DNA of 64,000 bases from an uncultured Clostridium sp. (GTDB lineage Bacteria > Bacillota > Clostridia > TANB77 > CAG-508), in contig CAOKFZ010000005.1 of the NCBI GenBank assembly GCA_948467875.1, positions 1,930-65,929 on the forward strand, in the 5' to 3' direction. Numbering within the stretch: position 1 is the first letter of the stretch; each line of letters begins with the position of its first letter. Made by a program: the position numbers and the translations under genes. Below the pieces are notes generated by a model that was given only the letters and a program-made list of their open reading frames with translations, was not told the DNA's origin and did not search any database. Of the stretch, positions 42,285 to 52,079 are shown piece by piece.

Positions 42285-42611
42285 ACTGCTGCCTCCTTCC
42301 TCATTTGTATTTTCAATACCCAAGCCCAACCACCTGAAAAATAATCTAGCTGTAAGTGAGGAAGAAATATTTAATTTAGCTAATATTTTGATAAAAATGT
42401 TAGCTTTTTATTAATTTTACAATTTTGGAAATATTACTTTTGAACAAAAGCAACTAAAAATAAAATTAATTAGAAATAGTATAACATAGAATTTAACAAA
42501 CTACAAAAGCAAAACAACAAATCTTAATCTTTTCTTAAACTTAGAAGAATTCTCTTAACAAAACCAGAATTTTGTGATATAACAAAAAATAGTGAAAAAC
42601 AAAAGTGGCAT

Positions 42612-42627
42612 CTTACAAAATTGTAAG
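42612..42627. promoter_or_regulatory. BceR/GraR-type response regulator box
   Basis: CTTACA-AAAT-TGTAAG; second copy at 45480. Confidence 0.7.
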
Positions 42628-42656
42628 ATTGATGTAAGCTAATTCAATAGAAAAAA

Positions 42657-43346
42657 ATGGGAATAATAGATATAATGAATAAAAAATATGGGGTGCAAGA
42701 TATGAAAAAAAGAAGATTTTTAGAAGAATTTATCATCCTGTTTTGGTTGTTTGTTTTGGGAAGTGTAATTGGTTATCTTTATGAAATGATTGTGGTTTTG
42801 TTCCAAAAAGGATTTTTTGAGTCAAGGCAAGGCTTGGTATATGGACCTTTTACGCCAGTTTATGGAATTGGAATGATGGTGTATTATGTAGTGTTGAATA
42901 TAATGGATACAAAAAGTAAACCGAAAGTGTTTTTAATAACAATGTTGCTTGGCGGTGTGACAGAGTATTTATGTTCTTGGGTGCAGGAATGCGTTTTTGG
43001 CACAATTTCGTGGGATTATTCTTATTTGCATTTTAATCTAAATGGTAGGACAAGTTTGCTTCATTGCACGTATTGGGGAATTGCAGGAATTTTATATGCA
43101 ACATTTATGGATCCAATTTTGCAAAATATCAAAAAAATGGTATATCAAAAGAGACTAAAATTGGTTACGATGTTTGTTGTGATTTTTATGGTTTTGGATA
43201 TTCATATTTCGTGCATGGCGGCGTATAGGCAGTTTGAAAGAAAGAGAAAAATCGAGCCAGCAAATGAAATGGACGAGTTTCTGGACGAGCATTATCCAGA
43301 TGAATATATGGATAGAATTTTTGCGAATAAAAAAGAAAAATTCTAA
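42657..43346 (+). CDS. CmpB/TMEM229-like membrane protein ('putative ABC transporter permease')
   Basis: GSVIGYLYE, GPFTPVYGIG, EY..WDYS..NLNGR. Confidence 0.75.
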   Translation: MGIIDIMNKKYGVQDMKKRRFLEEFIILFWLFVLGSVIGYLYEMIVVLFQKGFFESRQGLVYGPFTPVYGIGMMVYYVVLNIMDTKSKPKVFLITMLLGGVTEYLCSWVQECVFGTISWDYSYLHFNLNGRTSLLHCTYWGIAGILYATFMDPILQNIKKMVYQKRLKLVTMFVVIFMVLDIHISCMAAYRQFERKRKIEPANEMDEFLDEHYPDEYMDRIFANKKEKF

Positions 43347-43359
43347 ATGGGGAGGTCAA

Positions 43360-44025
43360 ATGTTTAAAATTGTTGTCGTGGAGGATGACCAGCAAATTCG
43401 TGAGGAATTGAGAATTTTATTGCAAAATAGTGGTTACGAAGTTGAGGCAATTTGTGATTTTGGAAATGTGACACAAATGATTTTGGAGCAAAAGCCGTAT
43501 TTGGTTTTGCTTGATGTGAATTTGCCAGGGCAAACAGGATATGAAATTTGTAGTAAAATACGAGCAAAATCGAATGTACCGATTATTTTTGTAACCAGTC
43601 AAAATAGTGCAATGGATGAGCTAAATGGCATGATGTTAGGGGGAGATGATTATATTGAGAAACCGTACAATGTGCCGATTTTGTTGGCACGCATTCAAAA
43701 TTTGCTAAAACGTGCTTATCCCAAAGAGGAGAAAAGTAAAATCGAGTACAAAGAAGTGATGCTAGATATTTTAAAATCGGTTGTTTCACATGGAGAAAAA
43801 ACGGTGGAATTGACCAAAACGGAATTTAAAACGCTGTATTATTTGTTGTGCAATCCTGAGAAAATTGTGTCAAGAGAGGAAATCATTGATTATTTGTGGG
43901 ATAACAACGTGTATGCTGACGACAATAGTTTGAGCGTGATTATGACAAGATTGCGAGAGAAACTAAAAGAAATTGGGATAGAAAATTTTATTGAAACGAA
44001 AAGAGGACAAGGATATCAAATATGA
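43360..44025 (+). CDS. OmpR-family response regulator, BceR-like
   Basis: VEDD, LLDVNLP, GGDDYIEKP, IETKRGQGY. Confidence 0.9.
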   Translation: MFKIVVVEDDQQIREELRILLQNSGYEVEAICDFGNVTQMILEQKPYLVLLDVNLPGQTGYEICSKIRAKSNVPIIFVTSQNSAMDELNGMMLGGDDYIEKPYNVPILLARIQNLLKRAYPKEEKSKIEYKEVMLDILKSVVSHGEKTVELTKTEFKTLYYLLCNPEKIVSREEIIDYLWDNNVYADDNSLSVIMTRLREKLKEIGIENFIETKRGQGYQI

Positions 44026-45032
44026 GGTTTAGCAGATATGTGAGAGACAAAATAAATTATGTGTTAGGATTTATTGTATATTGTGCACTTGTGGCAGCTT
44101 ATTTGAAGGCGATGGCAGCTGCGCAAAATGTAATGTGGATTGTGATTTTTATTTCAAATTTGTTTTTCTGGGTTGGATTTGTTGCGAACTTTTGGAAGAA
44201 AAGTGCATATTTCAAAAATATTAATAAAATTATGGATAATTTGGAGGAAAAATATCTCATTTCAGAAATTTTGGAAAAGCCCAGAAGAGAGGAAAATTTG
44301 GCGCATTTTCAGATTTTGAAGAGGGCGAGTAAGTCGATGCTAGAGAATGTGAACCAAGTCAAAACAGTGCAAAAAGAGTACAAGGAATATATTGAAAGTT
44401 GGGTGCATGAGGTAAAAATTCCGATTACTTCAAGCAAATTGCTTTGCGAAAATCATAAATCAGAAGTGACGCAAAAGCTGGAAGAAGAACTAGAGCAAAT
44501 TAATAATTATGTGGAACAGGCGCTTTTTTATGCAAGGCTTGACCAAGTTTCTAACGATTTTATGATACGAAAAGTGGATTTGGGAGAAGTCGTAAAAAAT
44601 GTGCTGGCAAGAAATAAAAGGGTGATGATACAAAATCAAATGAAGGTAGATGTGGAAAATGACAAAGTGTTTGCATACACAGATGAAAAATGGCTGGAAT
44701 TTATTTTGAACCAGATTATGATAAATAGTGTTCAGTATAAAAGTGAAGAAAATCCAGAAATACGAATTGGTATGAGGGAGAATAAAGAAAATGTGGAGTT
44801 GTGGTTAAATGATAATGGAATTGGGATTAAGGCGAGCGAGCTTGACCGCATTTTTGAGAAGGGCTTTACAGGAACAAATGGCAGAAGGCAGAAAAAATCG
44901 ACAGGAATTGGGCTTTATTTGTGCAAAAGATTGTGTGAAGAGTTGGGTATGGAAATGGAGGCGGAAGGCAAGGAAAATGAATACACAAAAATAATGATTT
45001 TTATACCGAGAAATAAAAAGTTGGGGGAGTAA
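44022..45032 (+). CDS. Intramembrane-sensing histidine kinase, BceS-like
   Basis: Two close TMs, WVHEVKIP, DEKWLEFILNQ, FEKGFTG, STGIGLYL. Confidence 0.9.
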   Translation: MRFSRYVRDKINYVLGFIVYCALVAAYLKAMAAAQNVMWIVIFISNLFFWVGFVANFWKKSAYFKNINKIMDNLEEKYLISEILEKPRREENLAHFQILKRASKSMLENVNQVKTVQKEYKEYIESWVHEVKIPITSSKLLCENHKSEVTQKLEEELEQINNYVEQALFYARLDQVSNDFMIRKVDLGEVVKNVLARNKRVMIQNQMKVDVENDKVFAYTDEKWLEFILNQIMINSVQYKSEENPEIRIGMRENKENVELWLNDNGIGIKASELDRIFEKGFTGTNGRRQKKSTGIGLYLCKRLCEELGMEMEAEGKENEYTKIMIFIPRNKKLGE

Positions 45033-45040
45033 AACGGCAA

Positions 45041-45074
45041 CCGCCTGCCCCGATATTGCTTGGGGCAGGCGGTA
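45041..45074. terminator. GC-rich hairpin between convergent genes
   Basis: CCGCCTGCCCC/GGGGCAGGCGG. Confidence 0.6.
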
Positions 45075-45085
45075 GGAGATTACTT

Positions 45086-45385
45086 TTAAGAAAATGAGAC
45101 TAGAATTAATGTGTTGCCTATAACTTCTGCTTCGATTCCTGCTTCTATAAAAATATCTTTTATTTTTAATAAGTCAGCGTTGTCAAAAATGGTAGCTTTT
45201 TTTTGTCCGATAACAATATTAGAGCATACTACATTTAGAGTTAAGCCTGTGGCTGATGCTACAAGGATTTTTTCCAAGTCCCATTTCTTTTTTGCCCGTT
45301 TTACTTCTTTTTGATATTGAGCAACATATTTGTGAAGAACTACAAGAGCCTTTTTTTCATTTGGTGAAAGAATATAATTAGTCAT
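45086..45385 (-). CDS. Hypothetical protein inserted within the Bce-type locus
   Basis: AAGGAG RBS; own promoter TTGACA-N17-TATAAT (45454-45426). Confidence 0.65.
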   Translation of the reverse strand: MTNYILSPNEKKALVVLHKYVAQYQKEVKRAKKKWDLEKILVASATGLTLNVVCSNIVIGQKKATIFDNADLLKIKDIFIEAGIEAEVIGNTLILVSFS

Positions 45386-45479
45386 TATTTTTATCTCCTT
45401 TTCTATTATGTTTTTAGCTACTTATATTATAACATAATTTACATAAAATGTCAAGAGACTTGCGCTGAATTTTGGAAGT

Positions 45480-45495
45480 CTTACAAATTTGTAAG
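45480..45495. promoter_or_regulatory. BceR/GraR-type response regulator box
   Basis: CTTACA-AATT-TGTAAG upstream of the ABC transporter. Confidence 0.75.
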
Positions 45496-45565
45496 ATTAA
45501 AGCAAACTACTTCTATATGAAACGAGCTAGATTTAAGGTATACTTGATTTAGAAAGTATAAAGGA

Positions 45566-46343
45566 GTGATGATTTTGAAGAAAATATTGAAAGTAGAGCA
45601 AATACAAAAGTATTATGGCAATCAGGATAATCTTACAAAAGCAATTGATGATATCAGTTTTGATGTGGAGGAAGGCGAATTTATTGGCATTATGGGAGCA
45701 AGCGGAAGCGGAAAAACCACGCTTTTGAATTGCATTTCCACTATTGATACTGTAAGTAGCCGGGCATATTTATTTAGAAAATCAAGATATTACAGAAATT
45801 AGGGAGCAGGAAATTGCAAAATTTCGCAGAGAAAATTTAGGTTTTATTTTTCAAGATTTCAATTTGCTAGACACGCTGACCATTGAGGAAAATATTGCTT
45901 TGATTTTGACAATTAATAAAGTTCCTGAAAATGAAATTGATGCAAAAATTTTAGAAATTGCGAAAAAACTAGGAATTGAAGAAATTTTGCAAAAATACCC
46001 ATATCAAGTGTCTGGTGGACAAAAACAGAGATGTGCTGCTTGCCGCGCGATTGTTAATCAGCCGAAAATTATTTTGGCAGACGAACCAACAGGAAGCCTA
46101 GACAGCAAAGCAGCAAGGCAGCTGTTGGAAATGATGGAAGACATGAACCAAAAGATGAAAGCAACAATTTTAATGGTAACACATGATCCATTTTCAGCAA
46201 GTTATTGCAAAAAAATTCTGTTTTTGAAAGACGGCAAAATTTTTAATAAAATTGAAAAAGGCGACCAGCCAAGAAAAGATTTTTACAATGAAATATTGGA
46301 TGTGTTAGCTCTTCTTGGAGGTGATGCAAGAGATGTTAGGTAA
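45566..46343 (+). CDS. BceA-like ABC transporter ATPase; +1 shift at CGG 45761
   Basis: GASGSGKTT before the shift; GHIYL, GFIFQDFNLLD, SGGQKQR, LADEPTG after it. Confidence 0.9.
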
Positions 46344-48360
46344 ATTATCTTTGAGAAACGCCAAAAGGCAAGCAAAAGATTATGTGATTTATTTTATGAC
46401 AATTGTCATGGCAGTCGCACTCTTGTTTAGCTTCAATTCGATTGCTGCCTCAAGCGATATTGCGGAACTTTCTTCTAGCATGAAAAGTTTTTCAAAAGCC
46501 ATTATGGGAATTAATCTTGTGGTTGTTTTTGTGATGGTTTGGCTCATTCATTATACGATGAAATTTATGCTAGAAAAAAGAAGCAAAGAATTTGGAACCT
46601 ATCAAATTTTAGGAATTGAAAAAAAGGATATTGCAAATATATTTATAGCTGAAAATTTGCTGATAGGAATGATTGCTTTTGTGGTAGGAAGCGTCGTTGG
46701 GACATTTATGTATCAAATTTTTACAAGCATTATTATGAATTTATTTGCGCAGCCTTACCAAATTTCCATTGCGTTTAGTTGGGAAGCTGTGAAAACAACG
46801 GCACTTTGCTTTTTTGGTATTTTTGCATTGGTGCTTTTTAAAGTGAGACGAAAAATCAAGAAAACGAAAGTCCATGATTTGTTGTATGCCGAAAAGCAAA
46901 ACGAAAATAATCATATCCAAAATGCAAAAGGAAATGTTATATTATTTATGATTTCTGTGATTTTGTTGTTGGGTGGCTTGTGGGTTCTAAATCTGGATTA
47001 TAGCAATCCTGTTCAAATGACTGGCAAAAATACAACGATTACCATTGTGTTATGGATTGTTGGAATTTACATGTTTTATTTAAGCATTTCCAGTTTTATT
47101 GTCAAACGATATTTGGAAAATAGAACTAGAAAATACAAGAAAAACAATTTATTTTTGTATCGCAATTTGACTTCTAAAATTAACACAATGAGCGCTACGC
47201 TTGGAACGATTGCAGTGCTATTTGCCTTTATTATGGTTGGTGGAAATGTGGCACTTTTGATGAATGGCATGATGAACAACGAAATTGAAATGGGTTACCC
47301 TTTTGAAATTATGGTAAGTTCTGTGGATGGAGATTTTTCAAAATATAAGGAATATATTCAAAAAAATGCGAAAGTGCTTGATATGTACGAATATAGATTA
47401 TATAACATACCGAAAACGAATTTGGAAAAAGGACTTGATGGAACGACATTTCAAGACAGATATGATATGGGATATGAAAATGTTTTGGGACTAACAGACT
47501 ATAATCACTTGAGAAAAATGTTAGGATATGATATAATATCCTTAGAAGAGAATGAGGCAATCATTCAGTGTATGAAAACGGCAGAAAAACCATTTGAAGA
47601 TTACATTCAGAAAAATAACAAAATCGAAATTGCCGAAAAACAAATGACAGTAAAAGATGTTCAGGGAGACCATTTTGCACAAATTTCTTTTAATGGATAC
47701 GTGTATTGCATTGTCGTTCCAGATAGCTTGTTAGAAGAAATTGCTGCTTTGGATTTTGAGGTTGAAGAATATTATCCAGATGATTATAAATTGGTGGCAA
47801 CAACACAAGAAACAACAACAGAGGAATTTTATCAAGGGCTGTCAGATTATATTTTGTATGACGAAGTAGAAAATACAGCTGAGATTGATGGCAAGGAACA
47901 AACTTATAAAATTAATATTCCATTAGGAAATGTTATGACAAAGGGCAACCGAACAAGCCAAGTAAAATCTTTTTACACCATGATATCATTTTTAGCATTT
48001 TATGTAGCACTGATTTTTGTCATGGCAACTGCCACAATTTTGGCGATTCAACAGTTAAGCGATTCAGAAAAATACAAATATCGTTATGAATTATTGAAAA
48101 AACTAGGCATGGACGAATCTGAAATGAACCAAACGATTTTAAAACAAATTTTGTTTTATTTTGCATTGCCAATGCTGATTCCGATTTTGCTTAGTATTCC
48201 AGCGGTTTTTATTGTGGCGCAAATATTCACAGTTGCAGTAACGATAGAAGAAATTTGGAGAAATATGGCACTTGTTATTGGAATATTTATTTTTGTATAT
48301 GGAATATATTTTGTAGCAACAAACATACAATTTGATAGGAATATAAATGGAAGTAGGTAA
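46333..48360 (+). CDS. BceB-like FtsX-family permease
   Basis: RSKEFGTYQILG, about 10 TMs with a large extracellular loop, RYELLKKLG. Confidence 0.88.
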   Translation: MLGKLSLRNAKRQAKDYVIYFMTIVMAVALLFSFNSIAASSDIAELSSSMKSFSKAIMGINLVVVFVMVWLIHYTMKFMLEKRSKEFGTYQILGIEKKDIANIFIAENLLIGMIAFVVGSVVGTFMYQIFTSIIMNLFAQPYQISIAFSWEAVKTTALCFFGIFALVLFKVRRKIKKTKVHDLLYAEKQNENNHIQNAKGNVILFMISVILLLGGLWVLNLDYSNPVQMTGKNTTITIVLWIVGIYMFYLSISSFIVKRYLENRTRKYKKNNLFLYRNLTSKINTMSATLGTIAVLFAFIMVGGNVALLMNGMMNNEIEMGYPFEIMVSSVDGDFSKYKEYIQKNAKVLDMYEYRLYNIPKTNLEKGLDGTTFQDRYDMGYENVLGLTDYNHLRKMLGYDIISLEENEAIIQCMKTAEKPFEDYIQKNNKIEIAEKQMTVKDVQGDHFAQISFNGYVYCIVVPDSLLEEIAALDFEVEEYYPDDYKLVATTQETTTEEFYQGLSDYILYDEVENTAEIDGKEQTYKINIPLGNVMTKGNRTSQVKSFYTMISFLAFYVALIFVMATATILAIQQLSDSEKYKYRYELLKKLGMDESEMNQTILKQILFYFALPMLIPILLSIPAVFIVAQIFTVAVTIEEIWRNMALVIGIFIFVYGIYFVATNIQFDRNINGSR

Positions 48361-48365
48361 GTAGT

Positions 48366-48956
48366 ATGAAGAAAATCTTTATTGTGCTAACACATACAGG
48401 GACGTTATTATCTAGAATGATAAAAACGTTCACGAAAGATGAATTTTCGCATAGTTCGATTGCACTTGATGTGGATTTAAAAGAAATGTATAGCTTTGGA
48501 AGGCTCAATCCGTACAATCCGTTTATGGGCGGATTTGTACATGAATACATAGACAAAGGCACATTTAAAAGATTTTACAAAACACGCACCAAAGTATATG
48601 CCTTAGAAGTAACGGATGAGCAGTACGAAAATATGAAAAATAATATTCAAGAAATTCAAAGGAAAAGAGAAAATTATACTTTTAATGTATGGGGCTTGTT
48701 TGCCGCAGGAATTCATAAAAAAATCGGAAAAGAACATTCTTTTTATTGTGCAGAATTTGTGAAATATATTATGGAGAGTTCGGGCATTCGAACAGGTTTG
48801 CCAGACATTGTCAAACCAGAAGATTTTAAAAATATGCAAGGCTTGCAGGAAATTTATGGTGGCATATTGAAAAAATATGCCACTCCAACTGTTAGTATGG
48901 CGGACCTAATTCGAGCCAATTTATTGCTTTACCGAAAAAAAGAAGGGATTATATAA
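48366..48956 (+). CDS. Permuted papain-like (YiiX/YebB-type) hypothetical protein
   Basis: FSHSSI ... FYCAEFV (His before Cys). Confidence 0.55.
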   Translation: MKKIFIVLTHTGTLLSRMIKTFTKDEFSHSSIALDVDLKEMYSFGRLNPYNPFMGGFVHEYIDKGTFKRFYKTRTKVYALEVTDEQYENMKNNIQEIQRKRENYTFNVWGLFAAGIHKKIGKEHSFYCAEFVKYIMESSGIRTGLPDIVKPEDFKNMQGLQEIYGGILKKYATPTVSMADLIRANLLLYRKKEGII

Positions 48957-48959
48957 AGT

Positions 48960-49676
48960 ATGGACAAAGTAAAAATTTGGAAAAGAATTGTATCAGTAAT
49001 TGTTGTCATTTTTATTCTTGGCATGATTGGCTATTTATTTCCGCTCATGAAAAACTTGTCTTCCTTAGAGGGACAAGTTGAATTTAAGCAAAAAGTGGAA
49101 AGCTCAGGAATGCTCGGTATGCTGACATTGTTTGGATTGCAAGTAGCACAAATTTTTCTCATTATCGTACCCGGAGAACCGCTTGAAATATTGGCAGGGA
49201 TGTGTTATGGTGCCATTGGAGGAACAGTGTTCATCATGACATCTGCGTGCATTGTGACTATTATGATTTATGGATTAGTGAGGAAATTTGGCAGAAGTTT
49301 TGTGTGCAATTTTTGCGAAGAAGAAAAAGTTAAGAAAATTGAAAATAGCAAACTGTTTCAAAATCCGAAAAAGATTGAAAAAATCATGCTAATTCTTTTT
49401 CTCATTCCGGGAACGCCCAAAGATTTATTAGTGTATGTGGCAGGACTGCTTCCCATTCAACCAATGCGATTTATCTTGATTTCTACATTTGCGCGTTTTC
49501 CGTCAGTCATTTCTTCGACACTCGCAGGAGCCAACTTAGCCATGGGAGATTGGAAAATGAGCTTGATATTGTATGCAGCAGTTCTCGTTTTAGTGGCAAT
49601 TGTGATTATGATAATGAACAAATTGGATAAGGACAAGCTCACAAAAGACGTATTGAAAACCATGACAGAAAAATAA
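48960..49676 (+). CDS. TVP38/TMEM64 (DedA/VTT) membrane protein
   Basis: IVPGEPLEILAG..YG, LIPGTPKDLL, ARFP. Confidence 0.85.
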   Translation: MDKVKIWKRIVSVIVVIFILGMIGYLFPLMKNLSSLEGQVEFKQKVESSGMLGMLTLFGLQVAQIFLIIVPGEPLEILAGMCYGAIGGTVFIMTSACIVTIMIYGLVRKFGRSFVCNFCEEEKVKKIENSKLFQNPKKIEKIMLILFLIPGTPKDLLVYVAGLLPIQPMRFILISTFARFPSVISSTLAGANLAMGDWKMSLILYAAVLVLVAIVIMIMNKLDKDKLTKDVLKTMTEK

Positions 49677-49690
49677 GGAGGGACTTTATA

Positions 49691-49788
49691 ATATGACATC
49701 AAAATGTCATATTATAGAAAGATGTTTTTCAAATACAGTAAAATGAAGGAATACAACAAAAATAAAATATGACATTTTAATGTCATAT
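49691..49788. repeat. Palindrome ATATGACAT-N4-ATGTCATAT, copies 3 (49691-49712) and 4 (49767-49788)
   Basis: Two perfect inverted repeats between convergent genes. Confidence 0.7.
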
Positions 49789-49796
49789 TTTATTTT

Positions 49797-50003
49797 TTAT
49801 GATTTAATGATTGTGAATAAATCTTGAGGTTCACATTCTAGTATATCGCAAAGTTTTTCAATATTTTCATATTTTATAGAGTTCGTTTTTTGTTCAATCA
49901 TATTATTAAAATTAGTATAACTTATACAATCAAGTTGATGAAATAACCAATATTTTGTTTTTCCTTTATCTTTTAGCATTTGTTTCACATTTAATAATAC
50001 CAT
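49797..50003 (-). CDS. Cro/C1-type HTH protein
   Basis: IEKLCDILECEPQDL; 68 aa; RBS. Confidence 0.8.
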   Translation of the reverse strand: MVLLNVKQMLKDKGKTKYWLFHQLDCISYTNFNNMIEQKTNSIKYENIEKLCDILECEPQDLFTIIKS

Positions 50004-50157
50004 GTTTTTACTCCTTTTTTGTTAATATATAGGTAGTTTATATGAAAAATGAAATAAATATAACTTATTTAATAATATACTATAAAAAAATAACTCACGA
50101 AAACATTGACAATCTATTTTTTTAATATTATAATCTATGAAAAAGGAGGAATAAAAA

Positions 50158-51436
50158 ATGAAAAAATCAAACAAAAACATAGGGGGTAATGCACACATTG
50201 GTCCAAGAAAAAATACAGGTATCACACTGGTTGCGTTAGTTGTGACAATCATCGTTTTATTAATTTTAGCAGGTGTGTCAATTAATCTCATCGCACGGCA
50301 GCAATGGAATTTTAGGACGAGCCCAAAAGACAGTTGACATTACAAACATGGCAAAAATTAAAGAGGAAATTGAGCTCAAAATCGCAGAATTGCAAATGGA
50401 TTATTACACAGAAAAAAACAATTTTGCAAACGTGAATGATTATGTGAAATCAGAATTGCAAAAAGGCGTAGAGCTTTCCAATGGAGCTGAAATTTCGTGC
50501 GATGAAAATGGCACTTTAACTTATGAAGGCTTAGAAATTGGAACATTCAATCCAGACGGAAGCGTAACAATTGATGGCGAATTAAGTGGCAATCAAATAG
50601 TGCAAAAATATACAGTTTCGTACGACGCCAACGGCGGAATCGGAGATGTGCCTGCTAGCAAAAAATATGCAGCGGGAGAAAGTGTAAGTGTTGACTTTAC
50701 GACAAAACCAACGAAAAAAGGAGCAAATTTTTTAGGTTGGGCAAGAACAGAAAATGCGACAGCACCAGAATACATAACTCCAGAGAGTTTTACCATGGGT
50801 GCACAAAATGTAACTTTGTATGCTGTGTGGGAAAATTTTGCAGCAGCAACAATTTCAGTAACAAATTATGGAGACAAAGTCAATTATAGTGCGAATGGCG
50901 TAAGTGATTGGCAAGTGTTTTTAAATGATGGAAGTAATGTTTATTTGATTTCAAGTGATTATGTGCCAAATAGCGGAGTAACAGATAAACTTAGTAAAAC
51001 TGGATCATATGCGGTATATGGAAGTAGTGGAGATGAATTGGTAAGTACTTTAGTAAATACAGAAGATTGGAGTGAATATGCGAAGGGATTTAACGGTGCA
51101 ATAGCAATGGGGGGACCGACACTAGAGCAATTTTGGGCAAGTTATAATGGAAAGTATGGAACGAATTATTCAGCAGAATCTCAAGAACTAAGTAGTCACA
51201 CTGGTTATAGTAACATTTTATATTTCCCTCATACATCTTCTTGGAATTCCATAGATGTTTATTGGTTAGCTTCATCGTATTCGAGCAATGCTAATAATGT
51301 GGAAGGTGTGGCTTATGACGGCAGCGTACGCAATCGCTGGTATGGTCATACAATTGTAGGCGTTCGTCCTCTTGTGAAATTACCTGCGAGTGCAAAAATG
51401 TCTTGGAATGGCGCTGCTTGGGATTTGTCAAATTAA
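50158..51436 (+). CDS. Type IV pilin-like leader + InlB B-repeat + DUF6273/C-lectin-like C-terminus; +1 shift at CGG 50296
   Basis: AGGAGG RBS and ATG 50158, G|ITLVALVVTIIVLLILAGV leader continuing GSNGILGRA in +1; YTVSYDANGG..FLGW..TLYAVW; YWLAS..GVRP. Confidence 0.75.
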
Positions 51437-51548
51437 ATCAATCAAAACACGAAACGTGAGAAATTTATGAAAAACACGTTTTGTGTTTTTTTATGTTTTT
51501 TGAAACTTTTTTGTTATAATAAAAGATAATATAGTAAAGGAGGCAAAT

Positions 51549-52079
51549 GTGGGAGCTCGAGTGGAAGAAAAAGATTTTGAAGAAATTTATGCACAAACGT
51601 ATTTGAATACTTTTAAATTTATTACGATACATTGTTATAATATTATGGATTTGAATGACATTTTGCAAGATACTTATGTGGAATTTTATAAAATATTGCG
51701 CAAAAAGCAAGATTTGCAAATTGAGAATAGGCAGGCTTATATTAACGGAATTGCAAAAAATGTAATCAAAAGGTATGGTTGTAAAAAGAAATTGGTTTGT
51801 TTGGTAAATGATGAAAATGAGGATATTGATGTGACGGATACGTTTGATTTGGAGCAAAATTTTATGACTAAGCAAGATGCAGAAAAAGTCTGGGATTACA
51901 TTAAAAGAAAGGATTTAATAACTGCGAAAGTGTTTTATTTGTATTTTGTTTTGGGGCTTAAAATTGCGGAAATTGCGCAAGAATTGGAAGTTACAGAATC
52001 GAATGTGAAGAACAAGATTTATCGTACGCAAAAGGAAATTCGCAAACATTTGGGAAAGGATGTGATAGAAAATGAGTAA
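51549..52079 (+). CDS. ECF sigma-70 factor
   Basis: DILQDTY, AEIAQEL..ESNVKNKIYR. Confidence 0.85.
   Translation: MGARVEEKDFEEIYAQTYLNTFKFITIHCYNIMDLNDILQDTYVEFYKILRKKQDLQIENRQAYINGIAKNVIKRYGCKKKLVCLVNDENEDIDVTDTFDLEQNFMTKQDAEKVWDYIKRKDLITAKVFYLYFVLGLKIAEIAQELEVTESNVKNKIYRTQKEIRKHLGKDVIENE

Noticed and set aside
45864-46343. ORF-track starts at 6072, 14850, 31468, 45864, 50273 and 60483 as independent genes
   Set aside because: They are the downstream halves of CGG-shifted genes; most begin mid-domain without a convincing RBS
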